A DNA stretch of 62,177 nt, the filler included, from Pseudomonadota bacterium (GTDB lineage Bacteria; Bdellovibrionota_F; JAHFAK01; JBDREC01): NCBI GenBank assembly GCA_043820105.1. It is 5 parts of 5 records of this genome, joined end to end, with 100 filler letters (N's around TTAATTAATTAA, not from the genome) between each part and the next. Parts side by side here need not be neighbours in the genome. Positions count along the whole stretch, not along the records: positions 8,116 to 38,879 come from JBDREC010000054.1; positions 38,980 to 50,457 come from JBDREC010000055.1; 3 more parts are not named here. One strand, written 5' to 3'. Each line of letters opens with the position of its first letter. Position 1 is the first letter of the stretch. Of the stretch, positions 29,533-39,296 are shown piece after piece. Under the pieces are notes generated by a model. The model searched no databases and was not told where the DNA came from. It saw nothing but the letters and a program-made list of their open reading frames with translations. Position numbers and translations under genes: made by a program.

Positions 29533-29674
29533 TTAGAATTCATCGCGTGGCTTTAAAAAGCTATTATGAAACTTTTAACCTAATTTAATTAGGGGGCATA
29601 CGCGGTGGGTTTCATAGTGTCTGTACCCATATTTAAGGTTGATTGGAAGGCTAAGTTTAGCCTTCCTTTTTTTT
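29533..29674 (+). ncRNA. Candidate sigma54-dependent small RNA (~140 nt)
   Basis: Bounded by the sigma54 promoter and an intrinsic terminator; the only ATG-initiated ORF is 5 codons; several complementary segments. Confidence 0.55.
29645..29674 (+). terminator. Intrinsic terminator
   Basis: GGAAGGCTA-AGTT-TAGCCTTCC followed by T8. Confidence 0.9.
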
Positions 29675-29809
29675 GTCTAAAATCCGGTGCCATAATGAAC
29701 TGATATAGAGGAAAAAAGCACCACATAAATTCAGAAAAAACCATAGCAAAATGACCAAAACTATAATAGAAACAAAGCTTTGACTAGCTTGGACTCTTTT
29801 GGCGCTTTT

Positions 29810-29825
29810 CGGCACGAACCTTGCT
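29810..29825 (+). promoter_or_regulatory. Sigma54 promoter
   Basis: CGGCAC-GAACC-TTGCT, 40 nt upstream of the ATG at 29866. Confidence 0.75.
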
Positions 29826-29865
29826 CTAACTAATTTACTGTTAACGGGGATTGGAAGGAGCCAAA

Positions 29866-31287
29866 ATGAAAAATACAAATCAAAAAGGGCAATTAATTAT
29901 TCAAATTAAATTCTTAGTTGCTTCAATAATTGTTCTTTATTTTTTAATCATAAAAACCATGTTTGCTTTTTTGCTTCCTGATATTGAAGAAAAAGAAGCT
30001 GTTGCTAATATCGCGATTATTTTGGATGTTGATTCAAGGCTTACTCACGCTGAGTTTTTTGAAGAGTTTTTGTTAAAGCTTGTTAATCAGGGTATTGAAG
30101 TTAATGTAGTTAGTAGAGAAGAAAAAGAAGCAGGCGAAAGTCCTATTAACAATGCTGATTATGCAAATTTAAAAGAACTTGAATCGGCGATTTTAGATGA
30201 TGATAAAACTTTGTTTTATGTTGGACTTGATTTGTCAGATGAATTTTCAGTTCTATATTATAAGACTTCATTTCTAGGAAAATTATTAAGTGAAAATATT
30301 TCCAGCTTTTCTGATGAGTGGCCACTTAGCTATAACACTAAAGACAAAAGAATAAGAAGCCTTTCTTCACCTGCCATTGTTGTTAATATTAATAATGCTT
30401 TAATCGTTGATAGTGACAATGAAAATTTAGCTAAAGGTGTTGCTTATCCAATTTATAATGGAATTTTGAAATATTTAAAATTTTTGGAAAATGATTACAA
30501 ATCAAATTTTCCACCTGTTGAAGATATTACTGAAATGAATTCTTCATTGCAAGCTGAAGCTCTTTCTAATCCGGAACAAAAATTTGAAACAGATCTTGTT
30601 TTTCAGCTTCCAACAATTAATGGAGAAACAAGCCAAATTCCACTTGTTTATTCAAATCTCTTAGTAGATCTTTACATAAAAAAATATAATTATACATATT
30701 ACTGTGACATTGAAAAATATCTTGAAGCAGGAAAGTTTGAAGCCTTTGCACCATGCAGACTTCCTATTTCAACTTTTCTATATAAAGTCTCAGGGAAAGA
30801 CGATGAAAGAATGCTTTCTGAATATGTGACAGCTGGTGAATTTGTAAGCACAGCAACAGAAAGGGTTGCCAAAAAAGAGGGCAGAGATGTTTTGATTTAT
30901 GCAACAGGTGGAGTTTTAAGACTTATTGATAACTTAAATCGCCTTGCTGAAAATTTTGGCTATCGCGCACCACGTATTACAAGCGGATTTAGAGATGCCG
31001 GTGGAAATAAAGCAGTTCCAGGAACAAGCTCAAAATCAGGCCACATGGAAGGAAGATGCGTTGATTTTTCATCTTCAAGTGGACTTTATGGACAAGTTGG
31101 AAAAGCCCGATTTATGAATCTCTGGTCTCAAGCAAGAAGCGTTTCAGGTCAAAACAAAAAAGATTATTCAATTTTAATTCATGATGCAGGAACTGGTATG
31201 CATGTTCATACTTGTTCAATTGCAACTCCTTCTTCAGATCCTGAAGCTTATTTTAATTCAGTGTTAAGTAGGGAACAGGGGGCGTAA
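29866..31287 (+). CDS. Exported protein with a degenerate Amidase_3-like domain and a C-terminal peptidase M15 (D-Ala-D-Ala carboxypeptidase-type) domain
   Basis: N-terminal hydrophobic helix; ITSGFR...SGHMEGRCVD...HVH M15 zinc motifs; RSLSSPAIVVN...LAKGVAYPIYNGILKYL resembles the end of an amidase_3 domain; GAAGGAG RBS. Confidence 0.7.
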   Translation: MKNTNQKGQLIIQIKFLVASIIVLYFLIIKTMFAFLLPDIEEKEAVANIAIILDVDSRLTHAEFFEEFLLKLVNQGIEVNVVSREEKEAGESPINNADYANLKELESAILDDDKTLFYVGLDLSDEFSVLYYKTSFLGKLLSENISSFSDEWPLSYNTKDKRIRSLSSPAIVVNINNALIVDSDNENLAKGVAYPIYNGILKYLKFLENDYKSNFPPVEDITEMNSSLQAEALSNPEQKFETDLVFQLPTINGETSQIPLVYSNLLVDLYIKKYNYTYYCDIEKYLEAGKFEAFAPCRLPISTFLYKVSGKDDERMLSEYVTAGEFVSTATERVAKKEGRDVLIYATGGVLRLIDNLNRLAENFGYRAPRITSGFRDAGGNKAVPGTSSKSGHMEGRCVDFSSSSGLYGQVGKARFMNLWSQARSVSGQNKKDYSILIHDAGTGMHVHTCSIATPSSDPEAYFNSVLSREQGA

Positions 31288-31305
31288 GTGCTTTAAGGGA
31301 ATATA

Positions 31306-31381
31306 AATTTTGAATTTTGAATTTTGAATTTTGAATTTTAAATTAATTCCTATGTTCTCTTGTTCCCCTGTTCCCCTGTTC
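31306..31381. repeat. (AATTTTG)~5 plus (TGTTCCCC)~2.5 tandem arrays
   Basis: Visible tandem units; related sequence at 35651-35830. Confidence 0.85.
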
Positions 31382-31537
31382 TCCATCTTTCTGGTGACAG
31401 GTGCTCTGGTGCTCCTCCTATGTATATCATCAAGTACTTTCATAATTATCATAAAACTTTATTTGTCAAAGAACTGGCTATGCCACGTTAGGATATGAAG
31501 AAGAAAAAGAAATATTCTTGAGTGGATTTAAATAAAT

Positions 31538-32854
31538 CTATATCAGCCAATATGGCCAATAAATAATCCTTTCTTTGTTTTTATTCCAAAAAGGAAGACC
31601 TTCATATAGGACTATTCCAAAAGGCAATTTATTTTTTATAATAAACTTTTCAAGGTAGGGTACTTTTATGTTGTTTATATTATCACTTGATTTTACTTCT
31701 ATTGGGATAATTCTATCTCCAATGGTAAGAATAAAGTCTATCTCACCTTCTTTGAATTTAACTTTATTGTTGATATCAATGGAATATGGCTTGTAGTAAT
31801 ATATTTGAGATTTTAATATGATTGATTCTTTTAAGATATGTTCAAGTCGCCATTGTACATAGGCTTCTATTTTAGAGCCTATTGTTGTGCCTAGGCTTGT
31901 ATTTCCTGTTAAGTAACTAACAATGCCGGAATCAATATATGAAAATGTGCTTAAATATGATTTTCGCGTACCATTTTCCACGAAAGGTTTTTTTCTTATT
32001 AAATAGCCATGGTTTATTAGTTCATCTATAATATTATTAATTTGGTCTCTTCTTCGAAGGCCTGTCTTTTTGAAAATATTGCTATATGTAAACTCTTTTG
32101 CATTTAATTTTGCTAGTTCTATTCTAACAATATCATTTAAATCATCATTATTGCTTGATGAAGATTCAAAACCTCTTTCAATAGTGTTTCTAATTTCGAT
32201 TATCTTGCTTTTGTTTGAACTAGTTGTGTGTGATAAAGGAAGGCCTCCATATGTGAAAAAAGATTTTAGGGCTTCTTGTTTATATTTGTTAAAACTTTCT
32301 CCTAGGGCAAGTGGAATGGATATATCTAAATTTTTCAGGTTTTTAGGAGGATCACTTATGATGCCATTAAAGTAATCAATATCTTTCAAAGTAATATAGC
32401 CAATGTTAGAAAATATTTCTGGTAAGGAAAATGGTTGTAGAGTAATAAAATCTGCTCTTCTTTGCAGTCTTTTTCTTGCAATTGTATTTAGGTAATCCGG
32501 GTTAGATCCCGAAACAATGAAAGAGCAGTTTTTCTGGTCAAATGCATATTTTAATGCATCAAAAATATTTTCTGATTTTTGAACTTCATCAACAAAAACT
32601 AAGGCTCTTTTATTTGTTTTTGAACGGATGTCATTATATATATAAGTCGTATCTTCATGTATGGCGGATCTAAATCTGGCGTCATCTCCAGTATATTGGA
32701 ATATTTCAAATTGATCCTTTAGAGATTTTAATAAGTTTAATATAAGGGTAGTCTTGCCACACCCAACAATTCCAGCTAAAATCAAGCCCTTATCTTTGCT
32801 GATTTTGAAGGTTTGTAATACTTTTTCGTCTAATTCTCTTAAAATGTAATTCAA
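31538..32854 (-). CDS. AAA+ ATPase (AAA_14) with DUF4143 / PD-(D/E)XK-like C-terminus
   Basis: GIVGCGKTT, FVDEVQK, VSGS, YGGLP and EIDFIL...IPIEVKS motifs; TTG start with AAGGAG RBS. Confidence 0.88.
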   Translation of the reverse strand: MNYILRELDEKVLQTFKISKDKGLILAGIVGCGKTTLILNLLKSLKDQFEIFQYTGDDARFRSAIHEDTTYIYNDIRSKTNKRALVFVDEVQKSENIFDALKYAFDQKNCSFIVSGSNPDYLNTIARKRLQRRADFITLQPFSLPEIFSNIGYITLKDIDYFNGIISDPPKNLKNLDISIPLALGESFNKYKQEALKSFFTYGGLPLSHTTSSNKSKIIEIRNTIERGFESSSSNNDDLNDIVRIELAKLNAKEFTYSNIFKKTGLRRRDQINNIIDELINHGYLIRKKPFVENGTRKSYLSTFSYIDSGIVSYLTGNTSLGTTIGSKIEAYVQWRLEHILKESIILKSQIYYYKPYSIDINNKVKFKEGEIDFILTIGDRIIPIEVKSSDNINNIKVPYLEKFIIKNKLPFGIVLYEGLPFWNKNKERIIYWPYWLI

Positions 32855-33052
32855 AACAGGCTCCTTTTGTCAGAGAAATTAAAAATATATTCGCACAATA
32901 CCTGGAGAAAGTCAATGATAATTTGCAAAATAACCAGAGAAAGTTTGGTAATGTCTGTTGTTTCTCTTTTGTTGCTTGTTGACATTTGAGCTAGCTTAAA
33001 TTGTTAAATAAAAAAACTTGTGTTTTATTATTTCTCGTATTCTATTTAGTTT

Positions 33053-34021
33053 ATGAAAAAGCTGTTTATAATATTTCTTTTTATAATTCTATCAATCATT
33101 ATTCTTTTTATTATTTTTTCAAATAGTTTATCTAAAATTGAAGATGATGTTGATAAGAAAAAGAAAGCTAATCAGAAAATAGGATTAAGGATTGATGATA
33201 AGGATTATGATTATGGGGATTCACGGATTAAAGATTATGATGAAGATGATAGGATTAAGATTAAGAGTTATGATGAAGATAAAAGAAAAATAGAAAATAG
33301 AAATATAGAAAAAGGCGGTGGCAAAGCAGAGGAGATATTGAGAATAGTAGACAGTAGAAAAAAGAAGTTGATACCAGAAGTTTTGGATTTTGTTAAGGAT
33401 GGGAAAAATGGAGAAGCGATAGTAGATGTAATTGAAAATATAATGAATAATACAGATGAAGATTATAAAAAAGAAGCATCAAAACAAGCTATCGAGCTTT
33501 TAAAGGGAAATAATATTGTTGCAGAAAATAATATTTTAATGCATCTAATATCTCGTGTTGGTGGAGAAGATGCTCTAGAACTTTTGAAGAAAAAGACAGA
33601 GCACAATAATGAAGAAATTAAATTCTTGGCCTATCACAATCTAGGAAATTTTGATTTTAAAAAAATTAAAGACAAAACAGTGAAATCATTGTTTTCCAAA
33701 CTCTTACAAGATCTTAAAAAAACAAATGATGAAGAACTTAGAAATAATATTTTTAATAAGATGAATGGGATTTCAGAGTCAGGGAAATTGAGTGGCAATA
33801 TGCTTGGAATTATACCAAAGTTATTAAGTGCTGAACTAAAGCTGAGATGGGCAAGGAGAGGGCAACTTGATTATTCGGTCATTTATTTAATAAATGAACT
33901 GGCTTTTTTTTATAAAACCCATGCTCGTCTTTTGGATATGGCTTCAGAGTTGGAGCCTTATTTTAGTAATGATCCTTTGATTTGGGGGTATATTGAGGAA
34001 GTGGTAAGTGGTAAGCTGTAA
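33053..34021 (+). CDS. Membrane-anchored hypothetical protein with HEAT-like helices
   Basis: N-terminal TM helix, low-complexity linker, ISRVGGEDALELLKK...EEIKFLAYHNLG HEAT-like pattern. Confidence 0.6.
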   Translation: MKKLFIIFLFIILSIIILFIIFSNSLSKIEDDVDKKKKANQKIGLRIDDKDYDYGDSRIKDYDEDDRIKIKSYDEDKRKIENRNIEKGGGKAEEILRIVDSRKKKLIPEVLDFVKDGKNGEAIVDVIENIMNNTDEDYKKEASKQAIELLKGNNIVAENNILMHLISRVGGEDALELLKKKTEHNNEEIKFLAYHNLGNFDFKKIKDKTVKSLFSKLLQDLKKTNDEELRNNIFNKMNGISESGKLSGNMLGIIPKLLSAELKLRWARRGQLDYSVIYLINELAFFYKTHARLLDMASELEPYFSNDPLIWGYIEEVVSGKL

Positions 34022-34042
34022 GTGGTAAGTGGTAGATGGTAA
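34000..34042. repeat. (AGTGGTA)~6 heptamer array overlapping the ORF stop
   Basis: Visible tandem units. Confidence 0.85.
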
Positions 34043-34138
34043 GAGGGATTCCTGGTTGCTAGTAATTGTTTATTGTTTGAAATTATTTTGGCTTTTTCTA
34101 GTAACATTAATAAGTGTTCATTACAAAATATATTTCCC

Positions 34139-34209
34139 GTCATGCTGAACTAGTTTCAGCATCTACTGGACGCAGCCATGTCTGGAATTCTGAAATAAAT
34201 TTAGACGAC
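34139..34209. repeat. REP-like double-hairpin element
   Basis: GTCATGCTGAAC-TA-GTTTCAGCATCT ... TTCTGAAATAAATTTAGA-CGAC, a GTC...GAC-bounded twin palindrome between convergent genes. Confidence 0.6.
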
Positions 34210-34259
34210 TGTCAGGGAATTCTCTATTTATGGATGAGAACTAATTAGATTTAAGTGAA

Positions 34260-35507
34260 TTAGAATAAGCTCAGACAAATATGACCTTGTTCGGGAATGG
34301 ATCTAATTTGGACTGTTTCTATATTATCTTCAATAAGATTTTCTGCCAGAGTAAGCTCTGCCAAAAGGTGAATTTCTTCATTTGTTAGGTTTGGACAATT
34401 TGGATCTTTTAAAAATAAAATTACTTTTTCTTTTGCATCATCATTTATTTCAATCAAATGTTTGTTTTCAGTATTAAAAGCCAATAATGCTTTTACAATG
34501 TCTTCATTATCCACCTTATGAGAATAAGTTAAAATTATATTTAAATATTCTGCTTTTTCATTGTTATTATCTAATAATTCTATTTTGTGAAGAATTACTC
34601 TGACATATGACTTAATTTCTTCATTTGTAGTCCATGAAAAGCCAAACAAATCTTTGAAATCTTTTGGTGAAAGATCTAAATGGGTCATTTCATTTTCACT
34701 AAGGCCTTTTTTTCTAAGACCTTCTTGTTTTCTTTTTGTTTCTTGCTCTTTTCTGTGTGCCTGATCTTTTCTTTTGCTTTCACTTAATAACCTTCTTTCT
34801 AATTGGTCTAAGGCTTGAAACTCATAATCAAGTAACTCGTCTTGTGGAATATTTGATCCAAACATTCTAGAATAATTATTTGTTCTTTCGGCTTTATCTT
34901 TTATCAGCGCGATTTTATAGCAAACTGTTGCAAATTTAAGCCATGCCCTTTCAAGATTAAAGGCACGAATGTTATATTTTGAAGGACTTTTCCAGGCCTT
35001 TGCAGCCCATTTAAGTGCACTATATGAGCCCATTGTGGAACTTTCAATATTATCTACAATTATCTCAAACTCAAAAGTTGGGAAAAACACGTCATATTGA
35101 AATGCAATGACAAATGCATCAATCTGAGTAAATAAAATCATATCATTATGCAAAGCTAGTTTGTGAGTTGGATTTTTGAATGTTTCCTTCAACCTTTGAA
35201 TTGCACTTTCAGGAAGTTTCCATGCTCGTTTTGTGAACTCAAATGCAATTGAAATAAATGTTTCATTATAAACCCTTTCTCCATTCATTAACATCATCAT
35301 TAATATCTGAGACTTTTCTTTTTCATCTGATTCCAAGGCTAAATTTAAGAGCTTATCATTTACTAAAAGAATTTCCATTGGAGAATGCGCGTTTAATAGT
35401 TCTTGTTGATAAGAAACAAGCGTTTCTTGTGAGATTAGTGAAAAGGCAAATATGCTTATAAATTGAAGATTAAGTAATATGAATAAGAAAAGTGATTTTT
35501 GTTTCAT
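34260..35507 (-). CDS. Secreted orphan alpha-helical protein ending in CLSLF
   Basis: Signal peptide MKQKSLFLFILLNLQFISIFA; start moved to the ATG at 35507, downstream of the sigma54 site. Confidence 0.7.
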   Translation of the reverse strand: MKQKSLFLFILLNLQFISIFAFSLISQETLVSYQQELLNAHSPMEILLVNDKLLNLALESDEKEKSQILMMMLMNGERVYNETFISIAFEFTKRAWKLPESAIQRLKETFKNPTHKLALHNDMILFTQIDAFVIAFQYDVFFPTFEFEIIVDNIESSTMGSYSALKWAAKAWKSPSKYNIRAFNLERAWLKFATVCYKIALIKDKAERTNNYSRMFGSNIPQDELLDYEFQALDQLERRLLSESKRKDQAHRKEQETKRKQEGLRKKGLSENEMTHLDLSPKDFKDLFGFSWTTNEEIKSYVRVILHKIELLDNNNEKAEYLNIILTYSHKVDNEDIVKALLAFNTENKHLIEINDDAKEKVILFLKDPNCPNLTNEEIHLLAELTLAENLIEDNIETVQIRSIPEQGHICLSLF

Positions 35508-35546
35508 AATAGCCAAAAATTTAAATATTAATACAGTCAATTAATG

Positions 35547-35562
35547 TGCAAATAATATACCA
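35547..35562 (-). promoter_or_regulatory. Sigma54 promoter with IHF site
   Basis: TGGTAT-ATTAT-TTGCA; TATCAACACCTTG at 35579-35591 matches the IHF consensus WATCAANNNNTTR. Confidence 0.75.
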
Positions 35563-35650
35563 CTTTATGTTCTAATAATATCAACACCTTGTGGCTTGTG
35601 ATTGTTTTGGTTTGCTCATTTATTGGACTAAAAGCTATTGTAAAATCAAT

Positions 35651-35830
35651 TTTATGCTCACTTTATTGTTTAATTTTGAATTTTGAATTTTGAATTAAGA
35701 ATTAATGCCTCTGTTTTTGTTCTTTCTGGTGACTGGTGCTCTGGCGCACTACTTTATGCTCACTTTGTTGTTTAATTTTGAATTTTGAATTTTGAATTTT
35801 GAATTAATTCCCTTGTTCTCTTTTTCCCTT
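35651..35830. repeat. Duplicated unit TTTATGCTCACTTTRTTGTTT + (AATTTTG)n
   Basis: Two direct copies, starting at about 35651 and 35753. Confidence 0.85.
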
Positions 35831-35889
35831 GCCTATTGATCCTTATTTGATTTATAAATTTATTATTATTTACTTTTGAAAATCAAATC

Positions 35890-36927
35890 ATGATAAAACG
35901 ACTTAAAATCGGGATCTCAATGGGAGATCCAGCCTCTGTTGGCCCTGAGATTGTATGTAAATTCCTGCATGAATATTTGAAAAATAAAGACAATGATTTT
36001 TATCCGATTATATTTGGGGATCTTTCAATTCTAAGTCTGGTAGCAAGTGATTTGGGTTTTAACCTTCCCTTTATTCCTGTTTATACACATGAGGAAATAT
36101 TTCAAAAATATGAAGATGGAATTTTGGTTTTTACTGATAAGAAATGGAACATTTATAATGATGAAATAATGCCAGGCAAGGGTTCAGTTAAAGGAGCAGA
36201 AATTGCCTATTTAGCAATTAAAAATGTGGCTGAAGCTGTGCTTAAGCAAGTTATTGATGCTGTTGTTACAGGACCTGTTAATAAATCAACAATTGCCAAA
36301 ATTGAACCTAATTTTACAGGGCACACTGAATTTTTTGCAGCTTGTACAAACAGCCATAACTATGCAATGCTCTTTGATACAAAGGATTTTAAGGTTGCTT
36401 TGGTGACCAATCATGTTTCGTTAAATGAGATTTCAGAACATATTTCTTATAATAAAATCTATCAAACAATTAAACTTATAAAGACTTCAATGGAAAGTGA
36501 TTTTAATATTCCTGAACCAAAGATTGCTGTTTTAGCCTTGAATCCACATGGAGGTGAAGGAAAATTTGCAGGCAAAGGCGAAGATTCCAGGATTGACCTT
36601 GCATGCAAAGAAGCAAAAACAAATGGCATTATTTGCGATGGTCCATTTTCTGCTGATGGTTTTTGGGGACAGTATTTTAATGAAGGAAAAAACAGAAAAT
36701 ATAATGCAATAATTGCCATGTATCATGATCAGGGTTTGATTCCAGTTAAGATGGCTGCCTTTCATGATTCTACAAATGTGACAATTGGTTTGCCAATAGT
36801 TAGAACATCAGTGTCTCATGGCACAGCTTATGATATCGCTGGAACAGGATCAGCAGATCACAAAAGCTTAAAGCGAGCTGTTGAAGTTGCGATAAAGATT
36901 GCGAAAAGACGAAGGAAAAGAGCTTAG
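35890..36927 (+). CDS. pdxA: 4-hydroxythreonine-4-phosphate dehydrogenase PdxA
   Basis: MGDPASVGPEI, GHTEF, LNPHGGE, MYHDQGLIP and RTSVSHGTAYDIAG motifs. Confidence 0.95.
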   Translation: MIKRLKIGISMGDPASVGPEIVCKFLHEYLKNKDNDFYPIIFGDLSILSLVASDLGFNLPFIPVYTHEEIFQKYEDGILVFTDKKWNIYNDEIMPGKGSVKGAEIAYLAIKNVAEAVLKQVIDAVVTGPVNKSTIAKIEPNFTGHTEFFAACTNSHNYAMLFDTKDFKVALVTNHVSLNEISEHISYNKIYQTIKLIKTSMESDFNIPEPKIAVLALNPHGGEGKFAGKGEDSRIDLACKEAKTNGIICDGPFSADGFWGQYFNEGKNRKYNAIIAMYHDQGLIPVKMAAFHDSTNVTIGLPIVRTSVSHGTAYDIAGTGSADHKSLKRAVEVAIKIAKRRRKRA

Positions 36928-36929
36928 GG

Positions 36930-37005
36930 TAGCTTGTAGCTTGTAGCTTGTAGTGGGGCACTAGCAACGAGCAACCAGCAACCAGCAACCAGCAACAAGC
37001 AACAA
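36930..37005. repeat. Opposed heptamer arrays (TAGCTTG)x3 and (AGCAACV)x6
   Basis: Visible tandem units between pdxA and namZ. Confidence 0.88.
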
Positions 37006-37035
37006 GAATATCAACTTATCTTTAGGTTAATAGTT

Positions 37036-38202
37036 ATGGTAAAAACCGGCTTAGACATCTTCTTTGAAGATAAAATAAATAATTACAAATCAGCAAAAGT
37101 AGGACTTGTAGTTAATCCAACATCAGTTAATTCAAAATTTGAACATGCTATAAATCTTTTTCACAATAGTAAAGCTCTTGAGCTTACTACTTTGTTTGGG
37201 CCGCAGCATGGTATTAGAGGTGAAACTCAGGATAATATGGTTGAATGGGAAGGTTTTGACGATTTAGCTACAGGCCTGCCTGTTTATAGTCTTTATGGAA
37301 AGCATAGAAAACCAACTAAAGAAATGCTCAAAGATTGTGATGTTGTGGTTTTTGATATTCAGGATATTGGGGCAAAATTTTACACTTTTATTTACACAAT
37401 GTCATATGTAATGCAGGCTTGTGCTGAATTTGGAAAAAAATTTATGGTTCTTGATAGACCAAATCCAATTTCAGCTGATATTGTTGAAGGAAGTCTTACA
37501 TATGAAGATTTTACATCTTTTGTTGGCTTGCATCCGATTTTGATTAGGCATGGCATGACTGTTGGAGAACTTGCTCATCATTTTAATAATGAGTTTCACA
37601 TCAACTGTGATTTAGATGTTATTAAAATGCAAGGTTATGATAGAAAAATGTGGTTTGATGAAACTTTTTTGCCCTGGATAATTCCCAGCCCTAATATGCC
37701 GACTCTTGAAACAGCAACTGTTTATCCTGGCATGTGTTTAATTGAAGGCACCAATATCTCCGAAGGCAGAGGCACCACGCGTCCCTTTGAATTTGTTGGC
37801 GCTCCTTTTATTGAGCCAGGGAAGCTGCTTTCTTTACTCAACTCCTTTAAACTTCCTGGAGTTTTTTTCAGACCGGTTTTCTTTCAACCAACTTTTCAAA
37901 AATGGTATGGAAAACTTTGTGGCGGCTTGCAAATACACGTGACAGACAGAAATTCTTATAAATCGGTTTTAACAGCGGTGGCGATTATTAAGGCTATTTA
38001 TGAGCTTTATCCAAAGCAATTTAAGTGGAAAGAACCGCCTTATGAATATGAATATAAAAAGCTTCCATTTGATATTTTGGCGGGTTCTGATAAGCTTCGA
38101 TTCATGATTGAAAAGGGTAGTGATCTTAAAGAAATTGAAGAAGCCTGGGAAGTAGATAAAACTAATTTTATTAAGATAAGGCAAGACTATTTAATCTATT
38201 AA
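37036..38202 (+). CDS. namZ: Exo-beta-N-acetylmuramidase NamZ (DUF1343 family)
   Basis: FGPQHG, FDIQDIG, DRPNP, RHGMTVGE, PSPNMP and SEGRGTTRPFE motifs. Confidence 0.9.
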   Translation: MVKTGLDIFFEDKINNYKSAKVGLVVNPTSVNSKFEHAINLFHNSKALELTTLFGPQHGIRGETQDNMVEWEGFDDLATGLPVYSLYGKHRKPTKEMLKDCDVVVFDIQDIGAKFYTFIYTMSYVMQACAEFGKKFMVLDRPNPISADIVEGSLTYEDFTSFVGLHPILIRHGMTVGELAHHFNNEFHINCDLDVIKMQGYDRKMWFDETFLPWIIPSPNMPTLETATVYPGMCLIEGTNISEGRGTTRPFEFVGAPFIEPGKLLSLLNSFKLPGVFFRPVFFQPTFQKWYGKLCGGLQIHVTDRNSYKSVLTAVAIIKAIYELYPKQFKWKEPPYEYEYKKLPFDILAGSDKLRFMIEKGSDLKEIEEAWEVDKTNFIKIRQDYLIY

Positions 38203-38257
38203 GATGTTTTCATAAAATTTTAATTGATAAGGTAGAAATTTTTAGAAAATTTAAATA

Positions 38258-38782
38258 TTAGTCTTCCACTGAAGTCTCTAGTGATCCATCTTTATAAGCA
38301 TCAGCTGATCCAGTTTTATCTCTTTTTATCATTTGTTCATATTTTCCAATAGTATTATCATCATCTAAGTCTTGGAAAACAAAAACAACTAGATTTTCTG
38401 TAACGTTAGTTTTCGTAGCACATTCAAATGTTCCAAATAAGTCTCCATCAGGAACGTATCCAATTATTTTTGCGTTTGCATTATTAGCTACAATACCTTG
38501 AGAACCTGGAGCTTTATTGCCAGTAAGTTTACTAAATGCACCTGTATTCCATGGAATTGCTCCTGCTCCTGATCCATCAGCTCCTGTAAATTGATGGAAT
38601 TTTGCATTGTCAATGTTGTAATCAGCCTCAGCTGCAAAAACTCCATTGACAATCATTCCAACTTCAGACTTCTTTGACTTCTTAATATAAGCCATAAAAG
38701 ATGGAATCGCGATTGCTGCCAAGATGCCGATGATGGCAACAACGATCATTAGTTCAACCAGTGTAAAGCCTTTCTTTTTCAT
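38258..38782 (-). CDS. pilA: Type IVa major pilin
   Basis: [35 protein letters not shown]. Confidence 0.85.
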   Translation of the reverse strand: MKKKGFTLVELMIVVAIIGILAAIAIPSFMAYIKKSKKSEVGMIVNGVFAAEADYNIDNAKFHQFTGADGSGAGAIPWNTGAFSKLTGNKAPGSQGIVANNANAKIIGYVPDGDLFGTFECATKTNVTENLVVFVFQDLDDDNTIGKYEQMIKRDKTGSADAYKDGSLETSVED

Positions 38783-38831
38783 TGTGTTCTCCTTTGAAAA
38801 AAGTTGTTAATAATTGGGCTATTAGCCTATT

Positions 38832-38865
38832 TAGTATTCGGTATTCAGTATACAGTATTCAGTAT
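38832..38865. repeat. (CAGTATT)~5 heptamer array upstream of the pilin
   Basis: Visible tandem units. Confidence 0.8.
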
Positions 38866-38879
38866 GGAAAAGAAACTGA

Positions 38880-38979
38880 NNNNNNNNNNNNNNNNNNNNN
38901 NNNNNNNNNNNNNNNNNNNNNNNTTAATTAATTAANNNNNNNNNNNNNNNNNNNNNNNNNNNNNNNNNNNNNNNNNNNN
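38880..38979. other. Artificial contig linker
   Basis: N-run with TTAATTAATTAA. Confidence 0.98.
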
Positions 38980-39049
38980 ATTTATTATAAATTTACTTCC
39001 CAAATATCCCTTTTATAAATACTTAATTTTGGCTTCCTTCAATATTTTA

Positions 39050-39118
39050 TTATTTTTACTTTGGTAGGTGGACCACTTTTGCGTCCGATTACTGGACCAG
39101 TTTATCGTCCGATTTGCA
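39050..39118 (+). mobile_element. IS21-family terminal repeat at the start of contig 3
   Basis: GGTGGACCACTTTTGCGTCCGATTACTGGACCAGTTTATCGTCCGATTTGCA, highly similar to 8690-8756. Confidence 0.8.
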
Positions 39119-39179
39119 TGAATGTTGATTCATTTTAAAGTAAATGAAATTATTTGGAAAAACAAGGATGAAGTGCTTT

Positions 39180-39195
39180 TGGTATGACAATTGCA
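39180..39195 (+). promoter_or_regulatory. Sigma54 promoter
   Basis: TGGTAT-GACAA-TTGCA. Confidence 0.7.
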
Positions 39196-39296
39196 TTGTT
39201 AGTTATGAAAAAGACCCTTTATCTAGGGCGAGCATATATAACTATGATTTACTTTGTTAAAATTGGGTTTAAACAAACTTGAAAGGATCAATATAT

